From: an uncultured Methanoregulaceae archaeon
GTDB taxonomy: Archaea > Halobacteriota > Methanomicrobia > Methanomicrobiales > Methanospirillaceae
Direction of reading: 5' to 3'
Length of the DNA stretch: 64,000 nt
NCBI GenBank assembly: GCA_963737635.1
Contig: CAVTTL010000001.1
Coordinates: 2,362,822 to 2,426,821 of the forward strand
Each line of letters starts with the position of its first letter. Within the stretch, counting starts at the first letter, position 1. The notes beneath the pieces were generated by a model. It was not told the DNA's origin, made no database searches, and saw nothing but the letters and a program-made list of their open reading frames with translations. Positions 41,501-54,060 of this stretch are shown piece by piece. A program made the position numbers and the translations under genes.

Positions 41501-41524
41501 TTTTTAGAGTGGTAGCTGTCGTAA

Positions 41525-42721
41525 TCAGAACGAAAATGCCATGCGGAAATATTCTTCATCGGTTCTCCGTGATCGTTCCGTTGCAGGTATTATCACCACC
41601 GGAGAGATGAATGTCGAAAATGCAGGAACAGCCTCTCCTGAACTGACCGTAACGGAATAATTACCGGACCAGAACGAAGTCGTATCTGCGGTAAGGGACC
41701 ACGAATTTGTAGCATCCCCGTCGTTGGTAACAAGTGCAGATCCCGCGTATGTGCCACAAAAGGTTGCCGGCGATACGCATTTCATGCCTGCAAGGGGTTC
41801 GTGTTGGATCGAGACATTTAACACCTCGCCCACCGGGAGTGTTGCCGATCCGTTGACGGTTATCGAGTTATTCCCGGCGGAAATGGTCACCGGGTTCACG
41901 GAAATTACCCCGCCGACCAGGTTAAACGAAGAAGTGGCTTGTACGCTTTTATCCGGTGAGGAGACCGTTACCGGGTATTCTCCCGGGGCCCAGGTTGTCG
42001 TGGCCACCGTAGCTGACCATGTGTTGAGCTGGTTCTGACCGGCGCTTACGGTCGTTGTCGTATTGAACACTCCACCGGATCCTCCATTGGTGGGTGCTTC
42101 CCCTCCGGGCTGGAAACCGGTGGGAGAACCGATATAAAGCATAAGCTGTGTGCCGACAGGCAGTTCTGTCGTACCTTGGACGACAAAGGTATCGCCTGTA
42201 CTCTGATCATCAACCGGACTGATCGAGAGGACCGGGCCGGGAGCATTTGCCGGTGCGGGTGCCCCGGCTACGGAAAATACGTAATCCGTATAGGTGTCAT
42301 TCACCGCCGGGTCGTTCAGTGCAGCGATTAACGATGTATACGAGTACCCGTTTTCACTAGATGCATTTGAGTCGACATCAAAGATCCCGTCTGTACCGGG
42401 AAACTGGATGACGAGGTGATACTGCCCCGGTGTCAGGTTTCTTGTTTGCCCTCCATTGAGCATATAAACGAACGGGTACTGCGGATTGAGTTTCTCCTCG
42501 GTTGTCGAGAAGGAGTCCGGCCCGATAAGCCAGAACCGGAGTGCGGTGAAATTGGGCTCAGTTCCTTGGACAATGAAGGGCTCGCCCTGCACAATGGATG
42601 GTGAGAACATGATTATTTCCTGGTAGGGAGGGAATACCCAGGCATATGCGGATGAGATGGGAAAAATCGTGAGCGATGATACCACGATCAAAACCAGGCT
42701 TGCCATTTTTCGCATGTTCAT
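41525..42721 (-). CDS. Secreted multi-Ig-like cell-surface protein
   Basis: Signal peptide; repeated G(T/S)(T/A)xLPVG...N(T/S)WS.T..T...G.Y.VTVSS modules. Confidence 0.65.
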   Translation of the reverse strand: MNMRKMASLVLIVVSSLTIFPISSAYAWVFPPYQEIIMFSPSIVQGEPFIVQGTEPNFTALRFWLIGPDSFSTTEEKLNPQYPFVYMLNGGQTRNLTPGQYHLVIQFPGTDGIFDVDSNASSENGYSYTSLIAALNDPAVNDTYTDYVFSVAGAPAPANAPGPVLSISPVDDQSTGDTFVVQGTTELPVGTQLMLYIGSPTGFQPGGEAPTNGGSGGVFNTTTTVSAGQNQLNTWSATVATTTWAPGEYPVTVSSPDKSVQATSSFNLVGGVISVNPVTISAGNNSITVNGSATLPVGEVLNVSIQHEPLAGMKCVSPATFCGTYAGSALVTNDGDATNSWSLTADTTSFWSGNYSVTVSSGEAVPAFSTFISPVVIIPATERSRRTDEEYFRMAFSF

Positions 42722-42885
42722 GCTGCTTCACCCATTGCAGGTGTGTAACCGATACATGCCCGATATATCTTTGGATAGTGCAGGGATTTTTTAATCTCCG
42801 TCTTGGGCAGGTACCAAAATCCAGGATATCCTGGTTACGTAATTTCCAAAGGTATTTACTCTCCCAGAGATATCCCGCAGTTTAT

Positions 42886-43350
42886 ATGGCCATCTCTCTG
42901 GATATCAACGGAAAGAAGCAGGAGGTAACAAGCGAACCCGATACCCCCCTGCTCTGGGTGCTCCGGGACGAGCTGCACCTCACCGGGACGAAGTACGGCT
43001 GTGGCATCGGCCAGTGCGGAGCCTGCACCGTGCTGATCGATGATGAGGCAGCGAAATCCTGTATCCGGCCGGTGTCGACAGTAACGGGGAAGAAGATTAC
43101 CACCATCGAAGGTATTAGCAAGGAAACGCCGCACCCGGTCCAGGCTGCCTGGATCCAGGAGAATGTCCCGCAGTGTGGTTACTGCCAGCCCGGCCAGGTG
43201 ATGGCAGCAGTTGCATTGCTGAAAAAGAACCCGCATCCCACCGATGCGGACATTGACAAAGCAATGAATGGGAACCTCTGCCGGTGCGGGACGTACCAGA
43301 GGATTAGAAAAGCCATCCATACAGCAGCTGCCACAGGGGAGAGACCATGA
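42886..43350 (+). CDS. iorA: Isoquinoline 1-oxidoreductase-like alpha (2x[2Fe-2S]) subunit
   Basis: [35 protein letters not shown]. Confidence 0.85.
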   Translation: MAISLDINGKKQEVTSEPDTPLLWVLRDELHLTGTKYGCGIGQCGACTVLIDDEAAKSCIRPVSTVTGKKITTIEGISKETPHPVQAAWIQENVPQCGYCQPGQVMAAVALLKKNPHPTDADIDKAMNGNLCRCGTYQRIRKAIHTAAATGERP

Positions 43351-45455
43351 TCGTATCCCTGGAAAAACCCCGTTCCCGTCACGGGCTTTTTCTTGGTGTC
43401 TCGATGATTCCCGAGGCAGGTGGGGGCTCTCCTGCTGCATTCCGGCCGAGTGCCTGGATACGGATCACGCCGGAAGGGGCAGTGACTTTGACTATTCCGA
43501 AATCCGAGATGGGCCAAGGAGTGTATACTGCTCTTCCGATGCTGATTGCCGAAGAGCTCGAATGCGCCTGGGAATCGATCACGGTCGAGCCGGCACCGGC
43601 TGAGCCACAGTACAATCATCCTTTGCGGCCCATGATGAATACCGGCGGAAGCAGCAGCACGTGGAGCGAGTGGGACCGGCTCTCCCTTGCTGGTGCAACG
43701 GCGCGGGAAATGCTCATCGCTGCTGCCGCGGAGCTCTGGAAGGTTGACAAAAAGACCTGCCGGGCGGAGAAGGGATTTGTCATTTCAGCAGACAACCGGC
43801 GGCTCTCTTATGGCGAGCTTGCATCAAAGGCAGCAACTATGCCGGTTCCCACAAATGTCCGGGTCAAAGACCCTTCGGCATGGACAATCCTTGGGAAACC
43901 CCGGATCTGCCTTGATGCGCCCGTTAAGGTGAACGGTTCCGCCACGTACGGCATCGATTACCACACTCCCGATCTCCTTACCGCCGTGATTGCCCGCTCC
44001 CCCTACTTTGGAGGGAAGCTCAAGAAGTTCGATGCGACCAAAGCAAAGGCAGTACCCGGGGTTAAAGAGGTCATCACGGTTACTGCCGGAGTCGCGGTTA
44101 TCGCGACCGGGTTTGCACCGGCCGAGAAGGCCCGGAAACTCCTGTCCATGGAGTGGGACGGGGATACGGTCTTCTCAACGGAAAATGTGCGGGAAGAGTA
44201 CCGGCGCCTCGCCCAGAAGCCAGGTACCATCGCCCGGCGCGAGGGGGATCCGGAGAAGGCCCTTTCCGAGGCTGCGCAGAAGATCACTGCCGAGTACGAG
44301 GTGCCGTACCTGGCCCATGCGCCTATGGAACCTCTCAATGCCACGGTCATCCCGGGTGAAGGGTACTGCGATGTCTGGGTCGGCACCCAGTCCCAGACCC
44401 GGGAGCAGAGCGCCGCCGCCCGCATCTTCGATCTCACACCGGAGAGAGTCCGGGTCCACACCCTTTTTCTTGGCGGCGGTTTTGGACGGAGGGCTAACCC
44501 TGCAGCAGATTTCACAACGCAGGCCGCTGAGGTTGCAAAGGCTTTGGGTCAGCCGGCCAAAGTCATCTGGAGCCGGGAGGATGATACCCGCGGCGGCTAT
44601 TACCGGCCGTTCTGGTACGACCGGCTGAACGCAGGTCTGGATGCCGACAACCGCCTCGTTGCCTGGCAGCATACGATTGTCGGGCAGTCAATTCTTGCCG
44701 GGACGCCGTTTGCTGCTTTTCTGATCCAGGGAGATATTGACGAGACCTCGGTCGAGGGAGCAAAGGAGCTCCCGTATGCCATTCCCAATATCCAGGTTGA
44801 TCTCCATACGACAAAGAATGCCGTCCCGGTTCAGTGGTTGCGCTCGGTCGGCCACTCCCACACGGGTTTTGTGGTTGAGAGTTTCCTTGACGAAGTCGCA
44901 TTTGCGGCAGGGAAAGATCCTCTCGTTTTCCGGCAGGAACTGCTCAAAGATATGCCCCGTCACCTCGGCGTCCTCAATCTTGCGGCAGAGAAGGCGGGGT
45001 GGAAGACGCCGCTCCCGGAAGACCGGGCACGCGGAATTGCGATGATGGAATCGTTTGGCAGCTTCGTCGCCCAGGTTGCCGAAGTCTCCGTGAGTAAAGA
45101 AAAGACCGTCCGGGTGCACCGGGTCGTTTGCGCTATCGACTGCGGCCGGTACGTCAACCCGGACAGCATCGCGGCGCAAATGGAGGGGGGGATTGTCATG
45201 GGCCTTTCGGCAGCACTCCATGGGGAGATCACGTTCAAGGACGGTAAAGTCGTCCAGGCGAACTTCAACAACTATCCCCTCCTGAGAATGACGGAGATGC
45301 CGGAGGTCGAAGTCCACATAGTCAAGAACGCCGAAAAACCGGGCGGCGTCGGAGAGCCCGGTGTTCCTCCCGTTGCAGCTGCAGTCTGCAACGCACTCTT
45401 TACGCTGACCAAAAAAAGGATCCGGAAGCTTCCCATCCGGCCGGAGATGCTCTGA
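43347..45455 (+). CDS. iorB: Xanthine oxidase-family molybdopterin subunit (IorB-like)
   Basis: [40 protein letters not shown]. Confidence 0.85.
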   Translation: MIVSLEKPRSRHGLFLGVSMIPEAGGGSPAAFRPSAWIRITPEGAVTLTIPKSEMGQGVYTALPMLIAEELECAWESITVEPAPAEPQYNHPLRPMMNTGGSSSTWSEWDRLSLAGATAREMLIAAAAELWKVDKKTCRAEKGFVISADNRRLSYGELASKAATMPVPTNVRVKDPSAWTILGKPRICLDAPVKVNGSATYGIDYHTPDLLTAVIARSPYFGGKLKKFDATKAKAVPGVKEVITVTAGVAVIATGFAPAEKARKLLSMEWDGDTVFSTENVREEYRRLAQKPGTIARREGDPEKALSEAAQKITAEYEVPYLAHAPMEPLNATVIPGEGYCDVWVGTQSQTREQSAAARIFDLTPERVRVHTLFLGGGFGRRANPAADFTTQAAEVAKALGQPAKVIWSREDDTRGGYYRPFWYDRLNAGLDADNRLVAWQHTIVGQSILAGTPFAAFLIQGDIDETSVEGAKELPYAIPNIQVDLHTTKNAVPVQWLRSVGHSHTGFVVESFLDEVAFAAGKDPLVFRQELLKDMPRHLGVLNLAAEKAGWKTPLPEDRARGIAMMESFGSFVAQVAEVSVSKEKTVRVHRVVCAIDCGRYVNPDSIAAQMEGGIVMGLSAALHGEITFKDGKVVQANFNNYPLLRMTEMPEVEVHIVKNAEKPGGVGEPGVPPVAAAVCNALFTLTKKRIRKLPIRPEML

Positions 45456-45457
45456 TT

Positions 45458-46297
45458 ATGGACGTATATGATGAGATCGTGAGCCTCAAACGGGGAAACC
45501 GGGCCGGGGCTCTTGCGACCATCGTCCAGGCGACCGGCTCGACACCTCAGAAAGCAGGCGCGAAGATGCTCGTCCGGGACGACGGGTCGATTGCCGGCAC
45601 ATTAGGCGGCGGTTGCATCGAAGAGAAGGTCCGCCAGCTTGCCCTTCTTACCATGGAGGACCGGGAGACCAGGATCGTGCCCTTCGATCTTACCGAGACC
45701 GAGAGCGGCCTTGTGTGCGGGGGGAATCTTGTCGTGTTTGTCGAGCCGGTCGTCCCGGCGCTGCACCTGGTCATCCTCGGTGCCGGCCATGTGGGTGTGG
45801 CAGTAGCAAAGGCAGCCCGATTTACCGGATACCGCACGACGGTGATCGATGACCGGGAAGAGTACGCGAACCCGGCATTGCTCCCGGACGTGGATGAGGT
45901 CCTTGTCAACGATTTTTCTGACCCGCTCCGGGGGGTCCGTGTCTGGAGCGAGACGGGTATCGTCATTGCCACCCGGGGGCACGCCCACGACCTTGATGCG
46001 GTAAAAGCGGCGCTTCTCACACCGGCAGGGTACATCGGCCTTGTCGGGAGCCGGAGAAAGCGTGGCGTCATTACCAGTGCCCTGATCGACGCAGGCTTCT
46101 CGAAAGATGATATTGGGCGCATTATCGTGCCGGTGGGGATCCCGATCGGGTCAGAGACACCGGAGGAGATCGCCATCAGTATTATGGCGCAGATTATTGA
46201 ATACCGGAGAAACCATGCAGAAAATTTCGGCGATCCTCTTGGCGGCAGGACGATCGCAGCGGATGGGGAAGCAAAAGCTGCTCCTCCCGCTCGGTGA
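45458..46297 (+). CDS. xdhC: XdhC/CoxI molybdenum cofactor chaperone
   Basis: GSTPQKAGAKML, GTLGGGC, GAGHV, YIGLVGS, PVG..IGSETPEEIAISI. Confidence 0.9.
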   Translation: MDVYDEIVSLKRGNRAGALATIVQATGSTPQKAGAKMLVRDDGSIAGTLGGGCIEEKVRQLALLTMEDRETRIVPFDLTETESGLVCGGNLVVFVEPVVPALHLVILGAGHVGVAVAKAARFTGYRTTVIDDREEYANPALLPDVDEVLVNDFSDPLRGVRVWSETGIVIATRGHAHDLDAVKAALLTPAGYIGLVGSRRKRGVITSALIDAGFSKDDIGRIIVPVGIPIGSETPEEIAISIMAQIIEYRRNHAENFGDPLGGRTIAADGEAKAAPPAR

Positions 46298-46793
46298 CCG
46301 GCCGGTCATTGCCCACAGCATCGGGACCCTTCGGGAGGCAGGCACCAGCGATATTGTTGTCGTAACCCGTCCGGAGGGAACAGCACTGCGGGATTGTATC
46401 CGCCAGTACCCGGTTTCGAGCGTGGTTAACCCGGATCCAGCATCCGACATGGCGGGGTCTGTCCGGTCGGGACTTCCCTTCGTCACAGGCGATGCTGTCT
46501 TTGTCTTCCCGGCAGACTACCCTCTCATCTCTTCGGCGACTCTGAGAGCAATGCTTGCCGTTCCGGGTTCTCCTATCGTTATTCCCCGGTGCCAGGGTCA
46601 AAGAGGCCATCCCGTACTCTTCCCGGGCACGCTGCTTAAGGAAATCAGTACCGTACCCGCACTCAGGGACATTATCACCCGGCACAAAGATAACGTCCGG
46701 TATGTCGATGTCCCGGATAAGGGAATCCTCCTTGACATGGACACGCCGGAGGATTACCTACGGATTTGTTCGGCCTTTCATGATGATAAGTAA
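46215..46793 (+). CDS. mocA: Molybdenum cofactor cytidylyltransferase
   Basis: AILLAAGRSQRMG..KLLL, RGHPVLF, DMDTPEDY. Confidence 0.8.
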   Translation: MQKISAILLAAGRSQRMGKQKLLLPLGDRPVIAHSIGTLREAGTSDIVVVTRPEGTALRDCIRQYPVSSVVNPDPASDMAGSVRSGLPFVTGDAVFVFPADYPLISSATLRAMLAVPGSPIVIPRCQGQRGHPVLFPGTLLKEISTVPALRDIITRHKDNVRYVDVPDKGILLDMDTPEDYLRICSAFHDDK

Positions 46794-46914
46794 AAAGAAA
46801 CTTTTCGCTCTGGTATCCGAAGCGGCCCGTGCGGGTGTATGCGGCGGCCCGGCCTGACAAGGATACGATGGCCGCCCGCCTTCTCCCATCTTCCGATCTC
46901 ATTTGCCGTTTTCC

Positions 46915-46993
46915 GGTCCTGTTACCTTGTTAAGGGATCGTATTTTTTTCAGGTATGGAAAAATTGATTACCTCCCAACAAAGTAACAGAGCC
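46915..46993. repeat. 79-bp miniature element with IS6-like inverted ends
   Basis: GGTCCTGTTACCTTGTT ... reverse complement GGCTCTGTTACTTTGTTGGG. Confidence 0.55.
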
Positions 46994-47019
46994 ATGATGT
47001 ACCGTAAGGATCATAAGCG

Positions 47020-48305
47020 ATGAATGGGGTAAATCTCGTGCCAGACGATGAAGGACAGGATAACAACATTCGTGAAATTGAATCAGAACTCGAACTTCTC
47101 GAATCAGCAGTGGCGAACGGGCCGGAGCTCATTTCCCTGTACATCCCCCCGGCTGAACAGACTCCATGACGTGGCAGGGTTTTTGAAGGAAGAATATACA
47201 AAAGCCGATAGTATCGCCGATAAAGAAACGCGTACTAACGTGCAAAATGCACTTTTATCGATACTGTCACATCTGAAGGAGTATAAGAATGTCCCCCCGC
47301 ACGGTATTGCAATTTTCTGCGGAAAGAACCGGATTTCAATGACCGGAACCAATCTTCCCTGCACTATCATCGAACCCATTGAGCCGATCAATATCTACCT
47401 GTTCCGCCGAAGTTCACTCTACGATCTCGAACCGTTACGCCAAATTTTTGAAACAATGAATGTATACGGGCTGCTCGTCCTCGACATCCAGGAAGCACAT
47501 TGGGGCTTCCTTCGTGGCGACCAGATCGAACCGGCAGGGAGCCTAACGGCTAATATTCCGAATAAGCAACGAAAAGGCGGGCAATCAGCGCTACGGTTTC
47601 AGCATCTGCGCACGATAGTCTGTCAATGAATTCTTTACCAAGGTAGGGGAACGTGCGAGCGCAATCTTTCTTGCAGAAAGGGATTTTGGCAAGAGGTTTA
47701 AGGGTATTTTTATCGGTGGCCGAACCCCCACAAAAGAGCACTTTCTTGAGGGTAATTACCTCCATCATGAGATCCAGCAACGGGTCATTGGCATATCCGA
47801 AGTAGCCCACACGGACGAGACGGGATTGTCGGAGATTGTGGACAAAGCAACGGATATCATGAAAGGGGCGGATCTCGAACAACAAAAGGGTTTCATGGAC
47901 CGGTTTTCGAAGGATCTCGAAAACGGAAGCGGGCTTTCAGTGTATGGCGAAGAAAGCGTCCGTACAAACCTCATCGCTGGGGCAGTCGGCATACTCCTGC
48001 TTTCTGTGTCCCTTCGAAAAAAGAAGTTTCAGATCACGTGCAATCAGTGCGGGCATACAGAGGAACGGACATTTGATGTGGGCACGGAAACCTCGACAAA
48101 AGATATTCTTACCCATTCGTGCCGTATTTGTTCCGGCCCAGTCGTCGAGAGCGATGTGACGGATATCATCGAAGAACTAACCCGTCTGGCTCATCATACC
48201 CATGCAAAGACCGTGATGATATCGGATGATTTTGCGGCAGGATCAAGGTTAGTACAAAAATATAACGGGATGGGTGCTATCCTGCGATACGCGACGAGAT
48301 CCTGA
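47020..48305 (+). CDS. Divergent peptide chain release factor aRF1 paralogue (two apparent frameshifts; possibly pseudogene)
   Basis: ELISLYIPP, TRTNVQNAL, KQRKGGQSALRF, YGEESV...GAV..LL, Zn ribbon, GMGAILRY. Confidence 0.8.
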
Positions 48306-48698
48306 TAAATACTGGTTCAGTTATGTCATCGTGCTCTGTTGCGTTGTCCGGGTTCAGGACATCGAAGGGTCTTTGAACGAGGCCGGCTCATTTCCGGCGG
48401 CTTTTTTTGTCCTGTTCCCTGCCATCATAGATATGGGGCAAAAAGGATCAACTGAGGGAGCGATCCGGTATGAAATCATGAAAGATGCTGGCTGGCTGGA
48501 ACGCCACCGGCAGACCCTGAAATAGGAGATGAAGGGGGTCTGTGGTTGATAGTGATCTTTTTCATATCGAAATGCAGAATGAATCTCGCATTTATCAATT
48601 TGCAGAGTGATAGTATGCTGAGATCTTTCAAACCCAAGAGAAACGCGGCTCGATCTTTAAAATTTCCTCAAATATCCGTGAGTTTCTGGTGAAATACT

Positions 48699-50519
48699 AT
48701 GGATACAACACCTCAACCAAATTGTCCTCCCGTAGAAGCCCCGGCGCATGATCCTCATTACAAATGGATTGCCTTATCGAATACGACCATCGCCATGTTC
48801 ATGGCCGCAGTAAACGGCAGCATCCTTCTCATCTCACTTCCCGCGATCTTCAACGGGATCCACATCGATCCGCTTACATCGTTCCAGTACCTGCTCTGGA
48901 TCCTTATGGGATACGGCATCGTGACAGCGACGCTCCTTCTCAGTTTCGGGCGGCTCTCGGACATGTATGGCCGGGTGCGGCTCTACAATATCGGCTTCGC
49001 CATCTTCACGATCGGTTCCCTTCTCCTCTTTTTAACGCCGAACACCGGTGATGCCGGTGCAATAGAACTTATTGTCTTCCGACTCGTTCAGGCCGTAGGA
49101 GCAGCATTCATTTTCTCCAATAGCGCCGCCATCCTGACGGATGCGTTCCCACCAGACGAACGGGGAAAGGCTCTTGGCCTCAATATGGTGGCGGCGCTTG
49201 CGGGCCAGTTCATCGGCCTCATCATCGGCGGTGTCCTCGCAGTCTTCAACTGGCGCTACGTCTTCCTGATTAGCGTTCCGTTCGGCGTCATCGGGACAAT
49301 CTGGGCATTTATGAAACTCAAAGAGCCAGCCTACGAGAAACGTGCCCAGAGGATCGATATATGGGGAAACCTTTCCTTTATCGGCGGCCTGACCCTGTTC
49401 CTCGTAGGTATTATCTACGCCCTCATCCCGTACGGCAGTGCATCCATGGGCTGGGGAAACCCGCTGGTGATTGCTGCCCTCGTTATCGGTGTCCTGCTTC
49501 TCATTGCATTTCCCATCATCGAAACACGGGTGGAAGATCCCATGTTCCACCTGGACCTTTTTGAGATCCGTAACTTTGCTTTCGGCAATGCGGCCGGCTT
49601 CCTCTCCGCTCTTGCCCGGGGCGGGGTGATGATCATTTTAATCATCCTTCTCCAAGGCGTGTGGCTGCCCCTGCACGGTTACAGTTTTGAATCGACGCCG
49701 TTCTGGGCCGGAATCTACATGCTGCCGCTTACTATCGGCTTTGTCGTTATGGGCCCGCTCTCCGGCATTATTTCCGACAAGTACGGCGCCAAGTGGATCA
49801 GCACGCTCGGTATGGTGCTGGTCGGGATCTCGTTTTTGATCCTTGCCGTCCTACCGTACAACTTTGATTACCTGATCTTTGGTTTTGCGCTCCTGATCAT
49901 GGGTATGGGGAACGGGATGTTTACCTCACCCAATGCAGCGGCGATCATGAACTCGGTGCCGGCAGACAAACGAGGCGTTTCTTCCGGGATGATGTCGACC
50001 CTGGTAAACTCCGGATTTGTCCTGTCCATGGGGATGTTCTTTACCATCATCGTGTTCGGGTTGACAAAGGCGTTCCCCCCCATGCTCTCAACAGCATTGT
50101 CGAGTGCAAACGCAACGCCGCTCATCCCGGCAATGAGCGTGATACCGCCGACAGGAGCACTCTTTGCTGCATTCCTGGGATATAATCCCGTTCAGATGAT
50201 CTTGTCTGGTCTTTCGCCGGCTTTAGTGGCTACTATCGCCCCGGCGACCATTGCGACCCTCACCGGAGTAGCCTGGTTCCCGACGACCCTGGCACAGGCG
50301 TTCATGCCATCGCTTTCCCTTTCCTTCTACATCGGGGCAGGTCTTTCCTTTATCGCCGCACTGCTGTGTGCGATGCGTGGCGAAAAGTTCGTAGAAGAGA
50401 TTGATGGTGCCACCCGTAACGATGGTGGCGTGATCGATGCGCAAGAAGTATCTGGTGAAAGCATAAAAGAGGAATTACCACTTGAAGAAGATCATCAGGG
50501 GGGATCGAACGATGACTGA
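48699..50519 (+). CDS. MFS transporter (DHA2/EmrB-like, 14 TM)
   Basis: GRLSDMYGR motif; [17 protein letters not shown]. Confidence 0.9.
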   Translation: MDTTPQPNCPPVEAPAHDPHYKWIALSNTTIAMFMAAVNGSILLISLPAIFNGIHIDPLTSFQYLLWILMGYGIVTATLLLSFGRLSDMYGRVRLYNIGFAIFTIGSLLLFLTPNTGDAGAIELIVFRLVQAVGAAFIFSNSAAILTDAFPPDERGKALGLNMVAALAGQFIGLIIGGVLAVFNWRYVFLISVPFGVIGTIWAFMKLKEPAYEKRAQRIDIWGNLSFIGGLTLFLVGIIYALIPYGSASMGWGNPLVIAALVIGVLLLIAFPIIETRVEDPMFHLDLFEIRNFAFGNAAGFLSALARGGVMIILIILLQGVWLPLHGYSFESTPFWAGIYMLPLTIGFVVMGPLSGIISDKYGAKWISTLGMVLVGISFLILAVLPYNFDYLIFGFALLIMGMGNGMFTSPNAAAIMNSVPADKRGVSSGMMSTLVNSGFVLSMGMFFTIIVFGLTKAFPPMLSTALSSANATPLIPAMSVIPPTGALFAAFLGYNPVQMILSGLSPALVATIAPATIATLTGVAWFPTTLAQAFMPSLSLSFYIGAGLSFIAALLCAMRGEKFVEEIDGATRNDGGVIDAQEVSGESIKEELPLEEDHQGGSNDD

Positions 50520-50943
50520 TATGTTGTTTGGCAGGATTTTGATCGCCACGGACGGATCTGAAAAGAACCGGGCTGCCCTTGACGAAGGTATACGAATTGC
50601 CCGGGCGACCGGGGCTGCCGTTTATGCAGTATATGTAATCGATACGGGCACATTTTCATCAATGTCAGCGGACGTTCCCCTCGGCGATACTTATCGCGTT
50701 TTTAAAGCCGAGGCAGAACAGGCGTTTGCCCGGATACAATGTATCGCCGGGGATGTAAAGGTTGAGACCGCGATTCTCGAGGGGCGGCCCGCGCCAGAGA
50801 TTGTGAAATTTGCTGCGAGAAAAAAAATCGACCTGATTGTGATTAGTACCCAAGGGAAAAAGGGACTGGAACGCCTGCTTCTGGGAAGTGTGGCAGAAGA
50901 AATTATTCGCTCTGCCCCAAGCAGGGTACTGGTCGTGAAATGA
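50512..50943 (+). CDS. Universal stress protein
   Basis: [12 protein letters not shown]...[15 protein letters not shown]. Confidence 0.9.
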   Translation: MTDMLFGRILIATDGSEKNRAALDEGIRIARATGAAVYAVYVIDTGTFSSMSADVPLGDTYRVFKAEAEQAFARIQCIAGDVKVETAILEGRPAPEIVKFAARKKIDLIVISTQGKKGLERLLLGSVAEEIIRSAPSRVLVVK

Positions 50944-51401
50944 GTGAGATAAGGTTCTGTTGCGTTGTCGGGTCTTCTTAAGTATAGAAGATTTGAGTGC
51001 ACTGAAAAGGCCGAATGAGAATCGAAAATTGAGGTAAAAAAGCGTATAATTTGGAATTAAAAAACAAAATAACCCCAAATTTATCGTATTGTGAAATAGG
51101 AAACATATTATAATATAAAATAGACATATATTTGATCTCCTATGTGTATAAAACTCTCGGGACAGTTGAATCAGTCGCATGTTGAAATTCAATACGGGAT
51201 TCAGGAATTAGATCTTGAAACAACTAGGAAAGAAGAAAATAAAATAAACTCAATAGAGAGAACAGAAATTGGATAAAGTGCATCCTTTTTAATCAGATAT
51301 CCAGAAATTGCCGTCAAAATAAAACTCGCAATGAATGGATACCAATCATCAGAATATGAAATTGTATCCACATTCCGAATCAGGAAAGCATGCTGCCGGC
51401 C

Positions 51402-52544
51402 TCACACCTTTCCTTTCCGGGCGTGAAGATTCTCGATCATCCAGCCCATTATCATACCGAACGTCTCGTTCGTGAAGCCCATATGCCCGACATTGTAGAA
51501 CCTCGCGCACTTGGGGCTTCCGTGTTCCAGCAGCAGATAGTAGTCCTTGATGGGGAACACAGTATCGTGGATTCCATTGACCAGCAGCAGCGGTGCGCAC
51601 GGGACATCGAGTATTCCCTGTGTCAGAAGTGACAGTTTTGGCGCAAACTCAAGATATTCCTCGGGTGACGACTTGCCAAAAGCGAATGCCAAGGTATCGA
51701 ACACATCGAAGGCGTACTCTCCCCTCTCCTGCTACGGGAACCAGTCCGGCTGGAATGCGTAATGCACGGGCCCTCCCTGGCTCACCGCGCAGGCTATCCT
51801 GTCCCTGAAGACGTGCGCGACCTTGACGGCCCAGTACCCTCCGGTGCTCAGGCCCCATACAACGATCCTCCGGGCGTCTATTTCCTTTCGCACTGAAAGC
51901 CAGTCCAGCACCGCGCCAAACAGCCTCTCGGCGTCCTCAGAACCCTTGAGCGGCGAGTCGCCCACACCCGGACCGTCTATCACAAGAGTCGCAACATTCT
52001 CCAGTGCGGAGTCGGTGAGATGCTCCTCCTTGAAGCCGTCTATGCCTCCCCAGCTCAGGATGAGAGGGAAAGGCGACTGGCCGGTCTTCGGTACCCTGAA
52101 ATATCCCACAATGACATTGCCCTCTCCTGGTCTGCCACTGAACGGAATCTCCACTCTCTCGATTGGCACATCGAAGTAGCGCGAGGCTTTCAGCAGCATC
52201 TCCTGCGACTTCCTGTACGCTGCCCGCTTTCCCTCAGAGTTTATGGAGGGGTATCGAGCCAAGCGGTAGTACTGGTAGGCGAGCAGGTAGTTCTGCTTCG
52301 CGGACTTCGCATCCCCTCCCTTCTCCGCCTCGACGGCCTTTTCCTCGTACGGCTTCGCGACCGCACTGAAGGCTGCGGCCCACTCATCCCTGTCGTAGGA
52401 TGTGAGGCTCCTCATCACCCCATCCATGTCTTCGAACTTGGCGTAGGGGAAAGGATAGCCATTCGCCTTCACCCGCGGCTTCCACATCTCCCAAAGCTCG
52501 CTTATCGATCTGTTGTGCCCCTCCGGTTTGTACGCAGCCATCAT
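51402..52544 (-). CDS. Alpha/beta hydrolase (FrsA/DUF1100-like), frameshift near 51730
   Basis: GGIDGFKEE, DGPGVG, GLSTGG nucleophile, HDTVF, GHMG; GC-richer than its flanks. Confidence 0.8.
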
Positions 52545-52769
52545 ATCACTCCATGGGCTTTGGGCGGAACAATTCTTATTCCTTATGCTCGTACTGCATT
52601 ACCTAGTTGCGAAAGGAAAATAGCCGAAAATCCTGATCAAAAACGAGTTCTTTTCTTCTACGATTGATGGTGAATTTTTCACTTCGGAAGAATTTGCCTA
52701 TCAATCGCAAACGTAACAGAATCTTTTCCTTTTATTTACATAAAACAAGTAATTAAGGCTCCAAAATTG

Positions 52770-53975
52770 TTATGACACTGCTTTGTGTGATTTTAATTTT
52801 GAGAAAAAGACAAGCGCCCCGATCATAACACAAGTTGCAACTACATAAAGTACTCCTGGACTGTATGAATAAATTGCGGCTGCAGCGAGAGGAACAAGTA
52901 CAAGATAGGCCGATTGCAAGCTCTGATTTACTCCTTGTAATTTTCCCTGATTACGTTCATCGACCGATTGCGAGAGTCGTCCGTTATAGGAAGGATCGAA
53001 CAAACCTTCGCCCAGTGTTATGCTCATAACTGCAGCAATAATCAGTAACGGAGACGAAATATGAATACTAATAATGATTAATGCTAATCCCACGACAAGT
53101 CCGAAAAGCCCAACAATACTGATGCTTCGCTCGTTGAACTTTTTGAGTAGCTTTGGTAATAATACAGCCCGTGAAATAATATCGCAGGCACCTATGAGTG
53201 TGAATATCCCACCGATTAAGGCAGGTCCCCAGAAGAATATATCCTTTAAGAATATGCTGAAATTGAATTGATAAATATCTAATCCTACATAAAAGAAACC
53301 ACCAATGATGATAAGAGCTCTGGCCTCTTTTATTGTGAAAATATCTTTGAACTGAGCAAATGTATTGAAGCTCTTTAGCGAAAACCGTGTTGACCGCTTT
53401 TCAGGTGATAGCGATTCCGGAAGAAAAAAATATGTGCAAACAATAGATAGAAAAATAATTCCCGCTGTAACGAAAAAAGGAAGCGTTATTGAAATGGCTC
53501 CGAGCAGACCTCCCAAGGCTGGCCCTATCATTAATCCTATTCCCATAGCGGCACCTAAATAACTGAACCATTTTGTGCGCTCATGGAGTTCTGTGCTATC
53601 GGTTATGTAAGCAAAAAGCGTACTTATATTGCCTGCAGTCAATCCATCGATAATTCTGCCAAGAAATAACACCCAGAGCGAACCACCGATGCCAAATAGA
53701 ACATATCCTATAACCGATCCAAGCAGACTAATGATTAAGATCTTCTTTCGGCCATACCGATCGCTTAATGCTCCAAATATCGGTGCAGCAAAAAAAGTAC
53801 ATACAGCATAGACTGATGCCAGCGCACTCATCCCAACAACTATTTGCGAAGCGGGCAGGTAATTGCCAAGATAAAATGGCAACAGCGGGAAAACAACAGT
53901 TATACCGATTCCATTAATCAGTACAATCCCCACAACAATCCACAAAATATTTTTCTTCGATTTTTCTAATTTCAT
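52770..53975 (-). CDS. TetA-like DHA1 MFS efflux transporter
   Basis: GALSDRYGRK, GRIIDGLTAGN, GPALGG; AT-rich. Confidence 0.85.
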   Translation of the reverse strand: MKLEKSKKNILWIVVGIVLINGIGITVVFPLLPFYLGNYLPASQIVVGMSALASVYAVCTFFAAPIFGALSDRYGRKKILIISLLGSVIGYVLFGIGGSLWVLFLGRIIDGLTAGNISTLFAYITDSTELHERTKWFSYLGAAMGIGLMIGPALGGLLGAISITLPFFVTAGIIFLSIVCTYFFLPESLSPEKRSTRFSLKSFNTFAQFKDIFTIKEARALIIIGGFFYVGLDIYQFNFSIFLKDIFFWGPALIGGIFTLIGACDIISRAVLLPKLLKKFNERSISIVGLFGLVVGLALIIISIHISSPLLIIAAVMSITLGEGLFDPSYNGRLSQSVDERNQGKLQGVNQSLQSAYLVLVPLAAAAIYSYSPGVLYVVATCVMIGALVFFSKLKSHKAVS

Positions 53976-54060
53976 AAATTTCTTGATTTTTTTTTGAGTT
54001 TTTTACAATCGGAAGGTACAATATCAATCGGTGGAAATTAAAAAATACTATCAATTATTC

